36,461 bases of DNA from a virus (taxonomy: Duplodnaviria; Caudoviricetes), in IMG/VR virus record IMGVR_UViG_3300032301_000470, positions 1 through 36,461 of that record; one strand, written 5' to 3'. Below are positions 1 through 8,823 of the stretch, piece after piece. Numbering within the stretch: the stretch's first letter is position 1; each line of letters begins with the position of its first letter. A program made the translations under genes and the position numbers. A model generated the notes under the pieces. It did not search any database, was not told the DNA's origin, and saw nothing but the letters and a program-made list of their open reading frames with translations.

Positions 1-669
1 AACCATAATTGCATGGTCTACTTTTAATTCACCTTTAGCCGATTGTAATTGGCAAGTATTTAAGATTCTACGAATATCTGGATAATACGAACTAACAATA
101 TCTGCTACATTCTTAATATCATATGTAATCTTTTCAGTATCCAAAATCTTACTAACCTGAACTGCTACATCCTTTTTAGTTGGAGGTGTGATAGCGAATG
201 ATTGACATCTACTTTGAATCGGGTCAATGATTTTCTCAATGTAATTACAGGTTAAGATAAACCTACAATGCTTACTGAATGTTTCCATTAAGTTTCTCAA
301 AATCGCTTGTGCTCCCGGTGTCATATAATCAAACTCATCTAAGATGATTACTTTGAAACCTGCAAATCCAACCGATGATGCGAAGTTCTTTACTTTTGTT
401 CTAACAGTATCCACATTGTTTTCATCCGATGCGTTAATAATCATAAAGTCACATTTGATTGTGTTTACGATTAGTTTAGCAAGTGTAGTCTTACCCGTAC
501 CTGCTTTTCCGTATAACAACAAATGTGGTATATCGTTTGCATCTAAATACTGCTGAATTGTTTCTTTGATGGTTTCATTACCAACATAGTCAGCAAGAGT
601 TTGTGGACGGTATTTCTCCACCCACAAACTATGTTCTCTTTTGTTTATATCGTTTGCGAAAAAACTCAT
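1..669 (-). CDS. Clamp loader AAA+ subunit (RFC small / T4 gp44-like), 3' end runs off the window
   Basis: Not in the ORF track. Manual translation from ATG at 669 gives MSFFANDINKREHSLWVEKYRPQTLADYVG...LLLYGKAGTGKTT...INASDE...IILDEFD...FILTCNY...IQSRC, containing the RFC boxes WVEKYRP, Walker A, NASD, DExD and SRC. The frame stays open to position 1. Confidence 0.95.
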   Translation of the reverse strand, partial: MSFFANDINKREHSLWVEKYRPQTLADYVGNETIKETIQQYLDANDIPHLLLYGKAGTGKTTLAKLIVNTIKCDFMIINASDENNVDTVRTKVKNFASSVGFAGFKVIILDEFDYMTPGAQAILRNLMETFSKHCRFILTCNYIEKIIDPIQSRCQSFAITPPTKKDVAVQVSKILDTEKITYDIKNVADIVSSYYPDIRRILNTCQLQSAKGELKVDHAIMV

Positions 670-670
670 A

Positions 671-1102
671 TTATTTTCCAGTTGACCCGAATCCGCCTTC
701 GCCTCTTTCGGTGTTATTTAATTCTTCTACTTCTTCAAACTCAATCGGAGGATGTGGGATAATTATAATTTGCATAATCCTATCACCTACACCATATAAG
801 AAACTACCACTTTGAGATGATAATGACCTTTGATTAAATGTTGCCTGTATTTCACCTCTATATCCACTATCAATTACACCTACCGAATTACTTAATGATA
901 AATCGGTTTTGCGAATAGATGAACGAGGAAATACTAATCCTACAAATCCTTCGGGTATTTCGATTGCTAATCCTGTTCCGTATGTAATTTGTGTGCCATC
1001 AAATTTCATTGATGTTGCCACTAAATCCATTCCGGCATCACCATCTTTTGCGTAAGTTGGTATTACTGCTTCTGGACTAAGCTTCTTTATTTTGACTTGC
1101 AT
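671..1102 (-). CDS. dut: Trimeric dUTPase
   Basis: Motifs AGMDL, PRSS, GVIDSGYRGEI, RIMQ and RGEGGFGSTG. Start placed at MQVKIKK (ATG at 1102) rather than 1135. Confidence 0.96.
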   Translation of the reverse strand: MQVKIKKLSPEAVIPTYAKDGDAGMDLVATSMKFDGTQITYGTGLAIEIPEGFVGLVFPRSSIRKTDLSLSNSVGVIDSGYRGEIQATFNQRSLSSQSGSFLYGVGDRIMQIIIIPHPPIEFEEVEELNNTERGEGGFGSTGK

Positions 1103-1394
1103 TTTGTTCTGCTCTTTGTTGTTTTGTTTCTTCACTAATTTCTCTTGGGAAAATTCTAAATGTCATTCCATTTTGTTGAAAATTTAAACCTTCACCTTCC
1201 GTTGGTTGTAATTGTAAAGCCAAAGGAGTAGGTTCTTCACCTTCGTTTGACCATGCAAATACAATTGGTTCATTGTTAAAAAATTGAAAACACCATTCTG
1301 CATCTTTAATTGGTTGGGCCTCAGGTACATTAATACTGCCAGCGTCTTGTTGTTGTAATTCCTCTTGTGGGAATAATTCTAATTGTTCTTTCAT
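1077..1394 (-). CDS. Hypothetical protein (105 aa)
   Basis: Fills the gap between the clamp and dUTPase genes on the coding strand with tight packing; no recognised motif. Confidence 0.7.
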   Translation of the reverse strand: MKEQLELFPQEELQQQDAGSINVPEAQPIKDAEWCFQFFNNEPIVFAWSNEGEEPTPLALQLQPTEGEGLNFQQNGMTFRIFPREISEETKQQRAEQNASQNKEA

Positions 1395-1398
1395 TTTA

Positions 1399-2112
1399 TT
1401 AATTTGAGATTTCTACTAAATAATATTTACATACAAAATCATCAATTTGGAATTCAACATTCGATAATCCGTCAGTTGAAACTTTTAATTTTGCATTTGT
1501 TGCTTCTTTGTTTGCAGTTAAGATTTCTTTCAAATACTTTGCTGAGAAAGAAATTGGTTTTACTATTTCTGCATAATCTTTTTGTGCAGTAAATGTAACT
1601 CTGTTTGTAGAGATAGACGAATAACCAATTGCCATCTTTAAGTCACCACCTTCGGTAAAGATTGTAAAAGTATCTACATCACTCAATGCACCTTTTGCTT
1701 TGATGAATTTATCAATCATATTGGATGCCATATCAATTGAAATACCAAAATCAGGTAATGTTTTCAAATCTGGTACAGGTGGAATAACTCCTAAGTCTGC
1801 TAATTGATAAGATGTTTCAGTTTCGTCAGATGATAGTTTTAATGATACCGATTTATCACCCGCTTTATCAACTTTTAATGTTAAGTCGTTGTCTAATACA
1901 CCAATCATATTTTTCAATAATGATGTCGTATAAATACCAACATTCATTGGAGTAGATGTATATGCATTATATTCAACCTCACCTAATAATGTTTTGTCAT
2001 CTGAAATAAATCTTACTGATAATTTGGTTCCTTCAGCGTTCCACGCTACTGATTCAATAAGTCCACCTAGTGAATACTTTTGAATAAATTTTAATAAATT
2101 GTTTTTGTTCAT
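1399..2112 (-). CDS. Sliding clamp (T4 gp45/PCNA-like)
   Basis: 237 aa, between PolB and the clamp loader. PCNA-like features include FSAKYLKEIL, LKVSTDGL and a C-terminal YYLVEI. Confidence 0.82.
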   Translation of the reverse strand: MNKNNLLKFIQKYSLGGLIESVAWNAEGTKLSVRFISDDKTLLGEVEYNAYTSTPMNVGIYTTSLLKNMIGVLDNDLTLKVDKAGDKSVSLKLSSDETETSYQLADLGVIPPVPDLKTLPDFGISIDMASNMIDKFIKAKGALSDVDTFTIFTEGGDLKMAIGYSSISTNRVTFTAQKDYAEIVKPISFSAKYLKEILTANKEATNAKLKVSTDGLSNVEFQIDDFVCKYYLVEISN

Positions 2113-2130
2113 GTTTTATTGTTTGTTTTA

Positions 2131-2161
2131 CTAATATACGAATAATTTTTTAGAATGCAAA
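2131..2161 (-). promoter_or_regulatory. Bacteroidota-type sigma70 promoter (TTTG-N19-TATATTAG) upstream of the clamp gene
   Basis: Minus strand reads TTTG CATTCTAAAAAATTATTCG TATATTAG, matching the -33 TTTG / -7 TAnnTTTG architecture with one mismatch. The motif recurs at five other intergenic sites. Confidence 0.7.
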
Positions 2162-4705
2162 GAATTTCTTTGCTGTTTTTGTATCTGCGGTGACCTTATC
2201 CCACTTCAATGCGTTATAAAAGTCATCTAATTTGTTTTCTAATTCTGCTTCAAATATTTTGTTTCTATCCACATAGGTTTCCACAAAATCCATAATTTCC
2301 TTTGGGTCATTATAATCTTTGAATGCAACTGTTTCTAATCCTAATGGGTTGTCTTTAAGATATACCCACTTTACTTTATCACCATCTCTAATTGGTTCAT
2401 GCTTATATGGACAATTAAAGAATTTTAATAATCTATTGTATGTTATTCCGGCTTTAACGTGTGCAGGTGTTCCTTTTTCAAAGTTTGCCACTGCGTCTCC
2501 TGATTTCCAATTTCCCTTATCATATTTACTCAATTCTTTCAATGCTCCACCTTTTGCAATTGTATTTACAGGTAGTGTTGGTAAACTTTTCTTAAATGTC
2601 AATAGGGTATCATCTATATAATCGTGGTCTTTGCCCATTAGAATATCTTTCAACATTGTAGACATAAACTTTTGGAATGCTTTGGGGAATGAACTTCTAA
2701 CTACATCTAATCCTTTAACATCCAATTTATCACAAGGTATTCCGTTTTTCAAAATCATCCATTGTGCATATCGTTTCTTTGCTACCCAAAATCCTGCCTT
2801 ACTGATATATTCCTTTTTAATTTCAAATCTATGTTTTTCCTTTGGAATAAAGAAAAATCTCTCTGCCAATAAATCGTAGAATGAGTTTAAGAACGTTTGG
2901 GTTTCGGTTGCAATATTATCCACCTCAACTGCCATTCTCTTTTCGTCAAATGTTTTATAATCTGGATAACGATGTTTTACCAATGGTTCAGCCATCATAT
3001 AGATTGAATCGGTATCGATGTACACATTGTAGTCATCGGTTGTTCCCAATTCTTTCCAATATTTTCTATTTGCCATTTCAGCCGTCTTTTTAATTACGAC
3101 CTGTCCTGTTAAGGTTACTGCTTCTGCATTATCCACATCATAGAAACGAAATGCTGGTAAACCTAATACACCATACATTGAGTTCAATAGAATTTTTTGG
3201 ACGTGTTGTCTTTTACCATAGAACTCATATAATTCGGTATTTTTTTCCTCACCATATTTTTTTTCTAATTTACGATATTCAACCCTTTTGTTAAACCATG
3301 TATTTAGAATGTCCGCAATCAAACCTGGTTTATCTTGCATATAAAGAACTCCATTAGCTGCTACACCCAATTGACTATCTTTGATAACATCTGCCAATTC
3401 CTGACGGTTATATTCATACTCATCACCATCCTTACCCTTCAACTTATATATAACCTCTTCACCTTTGATATATTGTTCTGCATCCCAATTTGAAATCTTA
3501 CCAATCTTTGTTTCAGGACTAATATTTAATGTCATAATGATTGATGGGTATAGAGATGTTAAATCCAAATCATATATCCAATCATACTTTCCAACGATGG
3601 GTTCTTTTACATATGCACCTATAAATTTCTCTTGGTCGTTATCTCTCAAAGCCTGCATCCTTTCTCTCCTATCTGCGGGTTTGTTTGTTGCAACCATATT
3701 TTTAGTTTTAAGATATGCTAAACAAGCTCCTTCTAACCATTTTGACGAAAACATATAATCTTCGTAAGGAACATAACCGGCGTGACATATCGCTCTACAT
3801 AAATCAATAAACTTTAGCTTCTCATCCATTGCTACCACTAAGTCCACATCGACAATGTTATACTCAATAAACTTTTCTAAATCGTTTACGAATAAGTCAT
3901 CCAAACTTCCTTCATACTCAACCTTACCTCTACCTAATTCTTTTGTTGCGATGTGATTTAGAGTGTATGCTGACTCCAATCCAAAGTTATATTGTTTGTA
4001 TAGACTGATATAATCCAAAATAGATACTCCACCAAATGTCCACTTCTCTCTATATGGTGAATAGAAACATTGTCCTATTCTAGAAAGTCTTTTTGCATGT
4101 CCTTCACCACATACATTTTTAATACGATTGTAAAGGTATGGAATATCAAAGAAATCTATGTTCCATCCCGTAAGAATAGTTGGGTCAATTTCCTCGTAAT
4201 AATTAAGGAAAGCAAGTAAGAGATTTTTCTCGTTATCGAAAACGTGAAGGCTAACCTCTCTCCCATCTTTGCTAAAGTTTTTGGCATTATTTTTTACTGT
4301 TTTGTCTTTATCTAATACGAATACATCATAGAGCTTTGTAGCTCCGTCATGTGCAGCAATTGCTGTCAATTCGTTTTTTGCTTCTCGTGTGTTTGGTAGT
4401 CCGGTAATCATTTCAACCTCAATGTCAAAAGTCAGTACTCTATGTCCTGTTGAGGGAATATCACTATCGTAAATGTCTACTAATACTCTTGTTGTTTCTG
4501 GAACATCACTTTCAAATAAGTCATCAGCTTCATCCTTTTCCCACTTTGAAATACGGGTTAGTTTCTCACCATTCATTGAGAGGTGTTGTCCTTGAGTATC
4601 TTTTCTATATGCATACTTTCGGTATGGCATTGTTTGATATCCATTTTTATCATCCCAAAGATGCATCAAATTCTTTTGTCTTTCGTAGTATATATTTTGG
4701 TACAT
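2150..4705 (-). CDS. Family B DNA polymerase (T4 gp43-like)
   Basis: ExoI TFDIEVE, ExoII TGWNIDFFDIPYL, motif A DLTSLYPSII, motif B KILLNSMYG, motif C YIDTDS, and KKRYA. Confidence 0.98.
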   Translation of the reverse strand: MYQNIYYERQKNLMHLWDDKNGYQTMPYRKYAYRKDTQGQHLSMNGEKLTRISKWEKDEADDLFESDVPETTRVLVDIYDSDIPSTGHRVLTFDIEVEMITGLPNTREAKNELTAIAAHDGATKLYDVFVLDKDKTVKNNAKNFSKDGREVSLHVFDNEKNLLLAFLNYYEEIDPTILTGWNIDFFDIPYLYNRIKNVCGEGHAKRLSRIGQCFYSPYREKWTFGGVSILDYISLYKQYNFGLESAYTLNHIATKELGRGKVEYEGSLDDLFVNDLEKFIEYNIVDVDLVVAMDEKLKFIDLCRAICHAGYVPYEDYMFSSKWLEGACLAYLKTKNMVATNKPADRRERMQALRDNDQEKFIGAYVKEPIVGKYDWIYDLDLTSLYPSIIMTLNISPETKIGKISNWDAEQYIKGEEVIYKLKGKDGDEYEYNRQELADVIKDSQLGVAANGVLYMQDKPGLIADILNTWFNKRVEYRKLEKKYGEEKNTELYEFYGKRQHVQKILLNSMYGVLGLPAFRFYDVDNAEAVTLTGQVVIKKTAEMANRKYWKELGTTDDYNVYIDTDSIYMMAEPLVKHRYPDYKTFDEKRMAVEVDNIATETQTFLNSFYDLLAERFFFIPKEKHRFEIKKEYISKAGFWVAKKRYAQWMILKNGIPCDKLDVKGLDVVRSSFPKAFQKFMSTMLKDILMGKDHDYIDDTLLTFKKSLPTLPVNTIAKGGALKELSKYDKGNWKSGDAVANFEKGTPAHVKAGITYNRLLKFFNCPYKHEPIRDGDKVKWVYLKDNPLGLETVAFKDYNDPKEIMDFVETYVDRNKIFEAELENKLDDFYNALKWDKVTADTKTAKKFFAF

Positions 4706-4706
4706 A

Positions 4707-5882
4707 TTATCTCCCCACTTCTTTTAAGTATTTTTCTTTACACTCCTCCCATGTCATACCAATTATATCAGCATAAAATAACTTTTCTGGTTTTAATCTA
4801 CCATCGTTAAATAATGTTGTATATCTTTTTATTGCCTTTTCTTTCCACCATTTGATTGTATATTCATCACCTTGTTCAAATTTAGGTTTCATTATCAATT
4901 TATCCTCTTCAATTTTAGAACATAAAAAGTCATTACCATTTTCATACATTTGTGCAAAATATACTCCTCTCTTAAATCCGTGATTATATAAAGATGCTTT
5001 AACACCAATTTCTTTAAATACTCTCATCAATACATTTTGTTTTGGACCTGTTGCATTGATTGCTTTATCATACCAAACTGGGTCTAAATTTTTAACATAC
5101 TGATGCCAAATATCATAGTATTTATCATCGGGTTTAATATTAATCAAACCTTTACTTTCACCCAATGTTTTGAAATGTGGAATTGCGTTGTATTGAGAAC
5201 TTGCACCATATAAGGCCGTAGTTCCGACTGCTATTAAAGTGTTATTATATTTATCTTTCCACTGCTTTCTAAAAACAGGAGATGTAGTTAATGCTGCAAG
5301 TAATTTACCACCTAAGAAATTATATCCCAATGGTTGTGTTGCAATAATTGATGTTCCAATAGTAGTATTATTTAATTTACCATTTGTAAACTTATCTTCT
5401 TTCTTCCAACCTATAAAATTATCTCTAACACCTAAACTTGTAATATCTGAACCCAATGAAATAACACCCAATATTTTACTTGTCTTTCTATCTTTGACAA
5501 ATGCTTTAACATTACGACCTGGATTTGCACTGAACTCCATTGAACTTATTAGTTTTCTAACGTGTGTCCAACGTGTTGCTTCCCCATCTTCTACTAACTC
5601 AACAAATGGTTCTAATTCTTCTATTTCTTTAATAGTTCCTTCTTTGTCTAAGATATCTTTAGGTTCCCAAATCTTATCGTATTGTTGATGAAGTGCAGGA
5701 AGTAATTTCATACTACCATGTAAATCCTGATTCCATTCTACCCACTTTTTATAAAGGGTTTGTTCTTGCACTGACATACCCATTAGGTAGTCTAAGTTTT
5801 GAAGTAACTCTCTTTTGTTTCTTTCAAAGTCAAATGTATCCGTTTTCTTTGGCTCGTTGCCTGTGTCCCAAAATTTGTTCAT
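4707..5882 (-). CDS. DUF4338 / DruA-like protein (putative GNAT/Mom-related DNA-modifying enzyme)
   Basis: Motif series PGRNVKAFVKD...ILGVISLG...RDNFIGW...PLGYNFLGGKLLAAL...KY...TTALYGASSQYN...LGESKG matches my recollection of the DUF4338/DruA family (RDxxIGW, LGGKL, TT-x4-SSxYN). Confidence 0.75.
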   Translation of the reverse strand: MNKFWDTGNEPKKTDTFDFERNKRELLQNLDYLMGMSVQEQTLYKKWVEWNQDLHGSMKLLPALHQQYDKIWEPKDILDKEGTIKEIEELEPFVELVEDGEATRWTHVRKLISSMEFSANPGRNVKAFVKDRKTSKILGVISLGSDITSLGVRDNFIGWKKEDKFTNGKLNNTTIGTSIIATQPLGYNFLGGKLLAALTTSPVFRKQWKDKYNNTLIAVGTTALYGASSQYNAIPHFKTLGESKGLINIKPDDKYYDIWHQYVKNLDPVWYDKAINATGPKQNVLMRVFKEIGVKASLYNHGFKRGVYFAQMYENGNDFLCSKIEEDKLIMKPKFEQGDEYTIKWWKEKAIKRYTTLFNDGRLKPEKLFYADIIGMTWEECKEKYLKEVGR

Positions 5883-5886
5883 ATAT

Positions 5887-5918
5887 CTAATATACTAAAA
5901 ATTATCCAAATTACCAAA
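5887..5918 (-). promoter_or_regulatory. Bacteroidota-type promoter directly upstream of the DUF4338 gene
   Basis: Minus strand reads TTTG-N20-TATATTAG, then ATAT, then the ATG at 5882. Confidence 0.65.
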
Positions 5919-6714
5919 ACTTTGTCTTAATGTCAGTTTCAGGTTCTATCGTTGTATGATTTTGAATTGCCTTATTAAATTCCTGTGTATTCTTAGGATA
6001 AGGTCTAATTTCGTGTTTTAGTTTTTTCTTTAAGTCCTTCTTTTCCTTTTTGTCCTCTCCTATGATTTGTATGTATCTATGTTTTGGTGGTTCTTCCCTT
6101 CTCCAAAACTCTTTATAACCATCCTTTCCAATTGCTACTCTCAATGCTTCTAAATTACCACTACCCCACATAGAGAAAACTGTTCTACTATGTATCCATT
6201 TGTAAGGATTGTTTGAAAGTGATATTCCGTAGTTTGGCATCAATGCAATATCGGTATTCATTCCTTGATAAATCCAATTCGTTGCCTGATAAATACCTCC
6301 TAAATGTTCTTGTCCGTTATCTGCGTATGATATTAAAACTTTAATTGCTTTATCATTCTCTCTAAACCATTTGAATGATTGTCCTAATGCAAATGACTCA
6401 ATATTTGAACCATAACCATCATCACAATACAATCTTGTTAATTCTAAAATGTTATCTTTTGTCAAACCTTCACAAACCGATGTTGATGCTCTAGCTCCTA
6501 CTGGAAAACCATAAACTAAACATCCAATTAGTTTGTCACTATCACCAATTGCGTTTGACTCATCTGTTCTATAAAATATTCCCAATGCGTATCTACAAGC
6601 CGTCCATGCATGCGTATAGTGTTTCTTAACTATAATTTCTTTTGCAATTGCCGAACTGATTTCTCTAATTGATACTCTACTTGTATCACAATATAACTTA
6701 TTTAACTCTTTCAA
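5911..6714 (-). CDS. mom: Mom-family DNA modification protein (GNAT fold), paralog 2
   Basis: Mom-like motifs KHY, ELTRL, NIESF, LISYAD-x3-EHLGGIYQATNWIYQG and KHRYI. TTG start overlaps the upstream paralog. Confidence 0.82.
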   Translation of the reverse strand: MKELNKLYCDTSRVSIREISSAIAKEIIVKKHYTHAWTACRYALGIFYRTDESNAIGDSDKLIGCLVYGFPVGARASTSVCEGLTKDNILELTRLYCDDGYGSNIESFALGQSFKWFRENDKAIKVLISYADNGQEHLGGIYQATNWIYQGMNTDIALMPNYGISLSNNPYKWIHSRTVFSMWGSGNLEALRVAIGKDGYKEFWRREEPPKHRYIQIIGEDKKEKKDLKKKLKHEIRPYPKNTQEFNKAIQNHTTIEPETDIKTKFW

Positions 6715-7465
6715 TTGGTTCTAATTTTAATATTTCTTCGGTATATTCCTCTAATGTTTTTGGATATGGATATAAAGGATGTTTTATTCTTTTCAACAAT
6801 TCCTTTTTATCTTTTTTATCCTTGCCCAAAATGTAGATATACCTATGTTTCTTTGGTTCCCTTTTTACCCAAAATGGTTTATCAATAAGTTCTTGTAATT
6901 TGAAAGGTGAGGTTGTTCCCCAATAAGGTGCCATAGTTCTACCATGTATCCATTTACCACCTTCTTCAAAACGAAAAGACCATGTGTCGTTAGGTCTAAT
7001 ACTTGTTCCTTGATATAACCAATTTGTTGCCTGATATATTTGTCCTTTGTGTCCTTGTACAGGGTCGGAGTATGATATCAGTGCTCTTATTTGTTTTGCG
7101 TTTTCTTTTAACCATTCAAAAGACTTTCCGACAAACCAACTTTCAATGTTACAACCATATCCGTCAAATACAAAAAGTCTTACCAATTCCATCACTTCCG
7201 TTCTATCTAATGTTTCACTTATAGATGCTCCACAATGTCTACCAATTGGGTCACCATAACAAATAACTCCAATTAGTTCCTGATTTACTCCACCAAAGAA
7301 TTTATGTTCGGTGTCGTTTTCGTAGAACAAACCTAATGCGTAACTAACTTTTGTCCATTGTTTTGAATAATGATGTTTTACTATTATATTCTTTGCAACC
7401 GACTTTTCTATTAACCTTACACTAAACTTGGAAGTATCACAATATTGTTTATCTTGTACTTTCAT
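6698..7465 (-). CDS. mom: Mom-family DNA modification protein (GNAT fold), paralog 1
   Basis: Motifs HHY, ELVRL, NIESW, LISYSDPVQGHKGQIYQATNWLYQG and KHRYIY...YPK. Colinear with 5911..6714 over its full length. Confidence 0.82.
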   Translation of the reverse strand: MKVQDKQYCDTSKFSVRLIEKSVAKNIIVKHHYSKQWTKVSYALGLFYENDTEHKFFGGVNQELIGVICYGDPIGRHCGASISETLDRTEVMELVRLFVFDGYGCNIESWFVGKSFEWLKENAKQIRALISYSDPVQGHKGQIYQATNWLYQGTSIRPNDTWSFRFEEGGKWIHGRTMAPYWGTTSPFKLQELIDKPFWVKREPKKHRYIYILGKDKKDKKELLKRIKHPLYPYPKTLEEYTEEILKLEPIERVK

Positions 7466-7649
7466 ATGGCCACTTAACCATGTGTTTCCACGTTTCGTTT
7501 GTAACTATTTTTTTAATGTTTGCAGGTGATACTTTATAGTTCCTAGCTATTACATTAATATTTCTATGACCTATTTTGTATAGTTCCCTAATTTGCAATA
7601 CCTGCTTTTCAGTCAGTTTGTGCATTGGATGTGCTTCACCTCTTAACAT
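7449..7649 (-). CDS. Small HTH DNA-binding protein resembling the C-terminal domain of phage HNH endonucleases, with no nuclease domain
   Basis: RGEAHPMHKLTEKQVLQIR...IARNYKVSPANIKKIV-x3-TWKH pattern. Start at MLRGE (7649) lies 4 nt downstream of a promoter motif. Confidence 0.7.
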   Translation of the reverse strand: MLRGEAHPMHKLTEKQVLQIRELYKIGHRNINVIARNYKVSPANIKKIVTNETWKHMVKWPYESTR

Positions 7650-7653
7650 ATAT

Positions 7654-7685
7654 CTAATATAACTAATTTTTCTCACAATACCAAA
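7654..7685 (-). promoter_or_regulatory. Bacteroidota-type promoter heading the HTH-mom-mom unit
   Basis: Minus strand reads TTTG-N20-TATATTAG-ATAT-ATG, the same 3' end as the site at 5887. Confidence 0.65.
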
Positions 7686-7686
7686 T

Positions 7687-7950
7687 TTACTTTACTGCCT
7701 CATTGATTGCGTTGATATATGCCATTTTAGATGAAAGTCCTGTGAATCGATTTACTTCAATACCATCTTTTACGATTATAACCGTTGGAACCGAACGAAC
7801 TCCGTATTGTTCAGTTACATCACTATATTCATCAATATCATATTCTTCAAACTTTACATTTGAAAAATTACCTTTGATTTCATTCATTACCGGTGCCAAT
7901 ACCCTACAAGGGCCACACCATACTGCACTAAACTTTTTGACCGTTACCAT
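7687..7950 (-). CDS. trxA: Thioredoxin
   Basis: WCGPC active site and VRSVPT cis-Pro motif; start at MVTVKKF (7950). Confidence 0.95.
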   Translation of the reverse strand: MVTVKKFSAVWCGPCRVLAPVMNEIKGNFSNVKFEEYDIDEYSDVTEQYGVRSVPTVIIVKDGIEVNRFTGLSSKMAYINAINEAVK

Positions 7951-8659
7951 TTGTTTTGTTTTTAAATTCTTCATATTCTTCCAATAGGGCATCAACTACT
8001 GAATGTCTATGATTTACTAATAATGTTTGTGATGCCATTTCTTTTACTTTTTTAGCTACTCTTAATAAGAAGCCAAATCCACTTTCACCCTTTTGTTTCA
8101 AATCTACTTGAGCAGAATCTCCACATACTACCATCTTACTTCTAATACCCAGTCTACTTACAATCATTTCCATTTGTTCATGAGTGCAGTTTTGAGCTTC
8201 ATCTACAATTACAAATGAGTCTAAGAAAGTTCTACCTCTCATAAATGCAACTGGTACAATTTCAACTTGTCCGTTTGATAATATCTCATCTATTTTTTCT
8301 CTATTGTAAAGTAAATAAAAGTTTGAATAGATTGGTTGCATCCAGGGTTCCATTTTTTCTCTAAGGTCTCCTGGTAAAAAACCAATTTCTTCTTTACTTA
8401 CTGTTGGTCTTGTAATGATAATTTTACTAACCGTTTTCTTAAATAACATATCCAATGCAATTTGACAAGCTAATAGTGTTTTACCACTACCCGCTTTACC
8501 ACTTAGAATTGTAATTGCGTTATTTAATATTTTATCCTTTGCTTCCTTTTGTTCCTCATTTAATTGAATTTGAAACTTTATAGGGCCTTTTTCTTTTTGT
8601 TTTTCTTCTCTAATTTTCTCTGTCAATTCTTTGTGTTTTGTTGATTGATTTTCTCCCAT
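7928..8659 (-). CDS. phoH: PhoH-family ATPase
   Basis: GKAGSGKT, ITRP, GFLPGDL, FMRGRTF, VDEAQN and GDSAQVDL. Confidence 0.96.
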   Translation of the reverse strand: MGENQSTKHKELTEKIREEKQKEKGPIKFQIQLNEEQKEAKDKILNNAITILSGKAGSGKTLLACQIALDMLFKKTVSKIIITRPTVSKEEIGFLPGDLREKMEPWMQPIYSNFYLLYNREKIDEILSNGQVEIVPVAFMRGRTFLDSFVIVDEAQNCTHEQMEMIVSRLGIRSKMVVCGDSAQVDLKQKGESGFGFLLRVAKKVKEMASQTLLVNHRHSVVDALLEEYEEFKNKTNGNGQKV

Positions 8660-8823
8660 AACGAATCTAATTTAGTATTACCTTTTATGTTGGTTGGAAT
8701 ATAAGGACAATGACGGCAGCCACTCCCACAGCAATCACCTCTGTTAATGTGATACTGAGGAGTGAACACCACTTTACCATTTTCCAAATAGTATAATTCT
8801 TTATCATCTTTATTTAACTTCAC
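8623..8823 (-). CDS. Small Cys-rich protein (DUF5522-like)
   Basis: YYLENGKVVFT...RGDCCGSGCRHCPY signature. Start uncertain (GTG at 8823 overlaps the RNR stop). Confidence 0.75.
   Translation of the reverse strand: MKLNKDDKELYYLENGKVVFTPQYHINRGDCCGSGCRHCPYIPTNIKGNTKLDSLWEKINQQNTKN

Noticed and set aside
4707-5882. Complete Druantia defence system
   Set aside because: Only a DruA-like gene is present; no large DruE-like helicase or other recognisable Dru genes are in the window.
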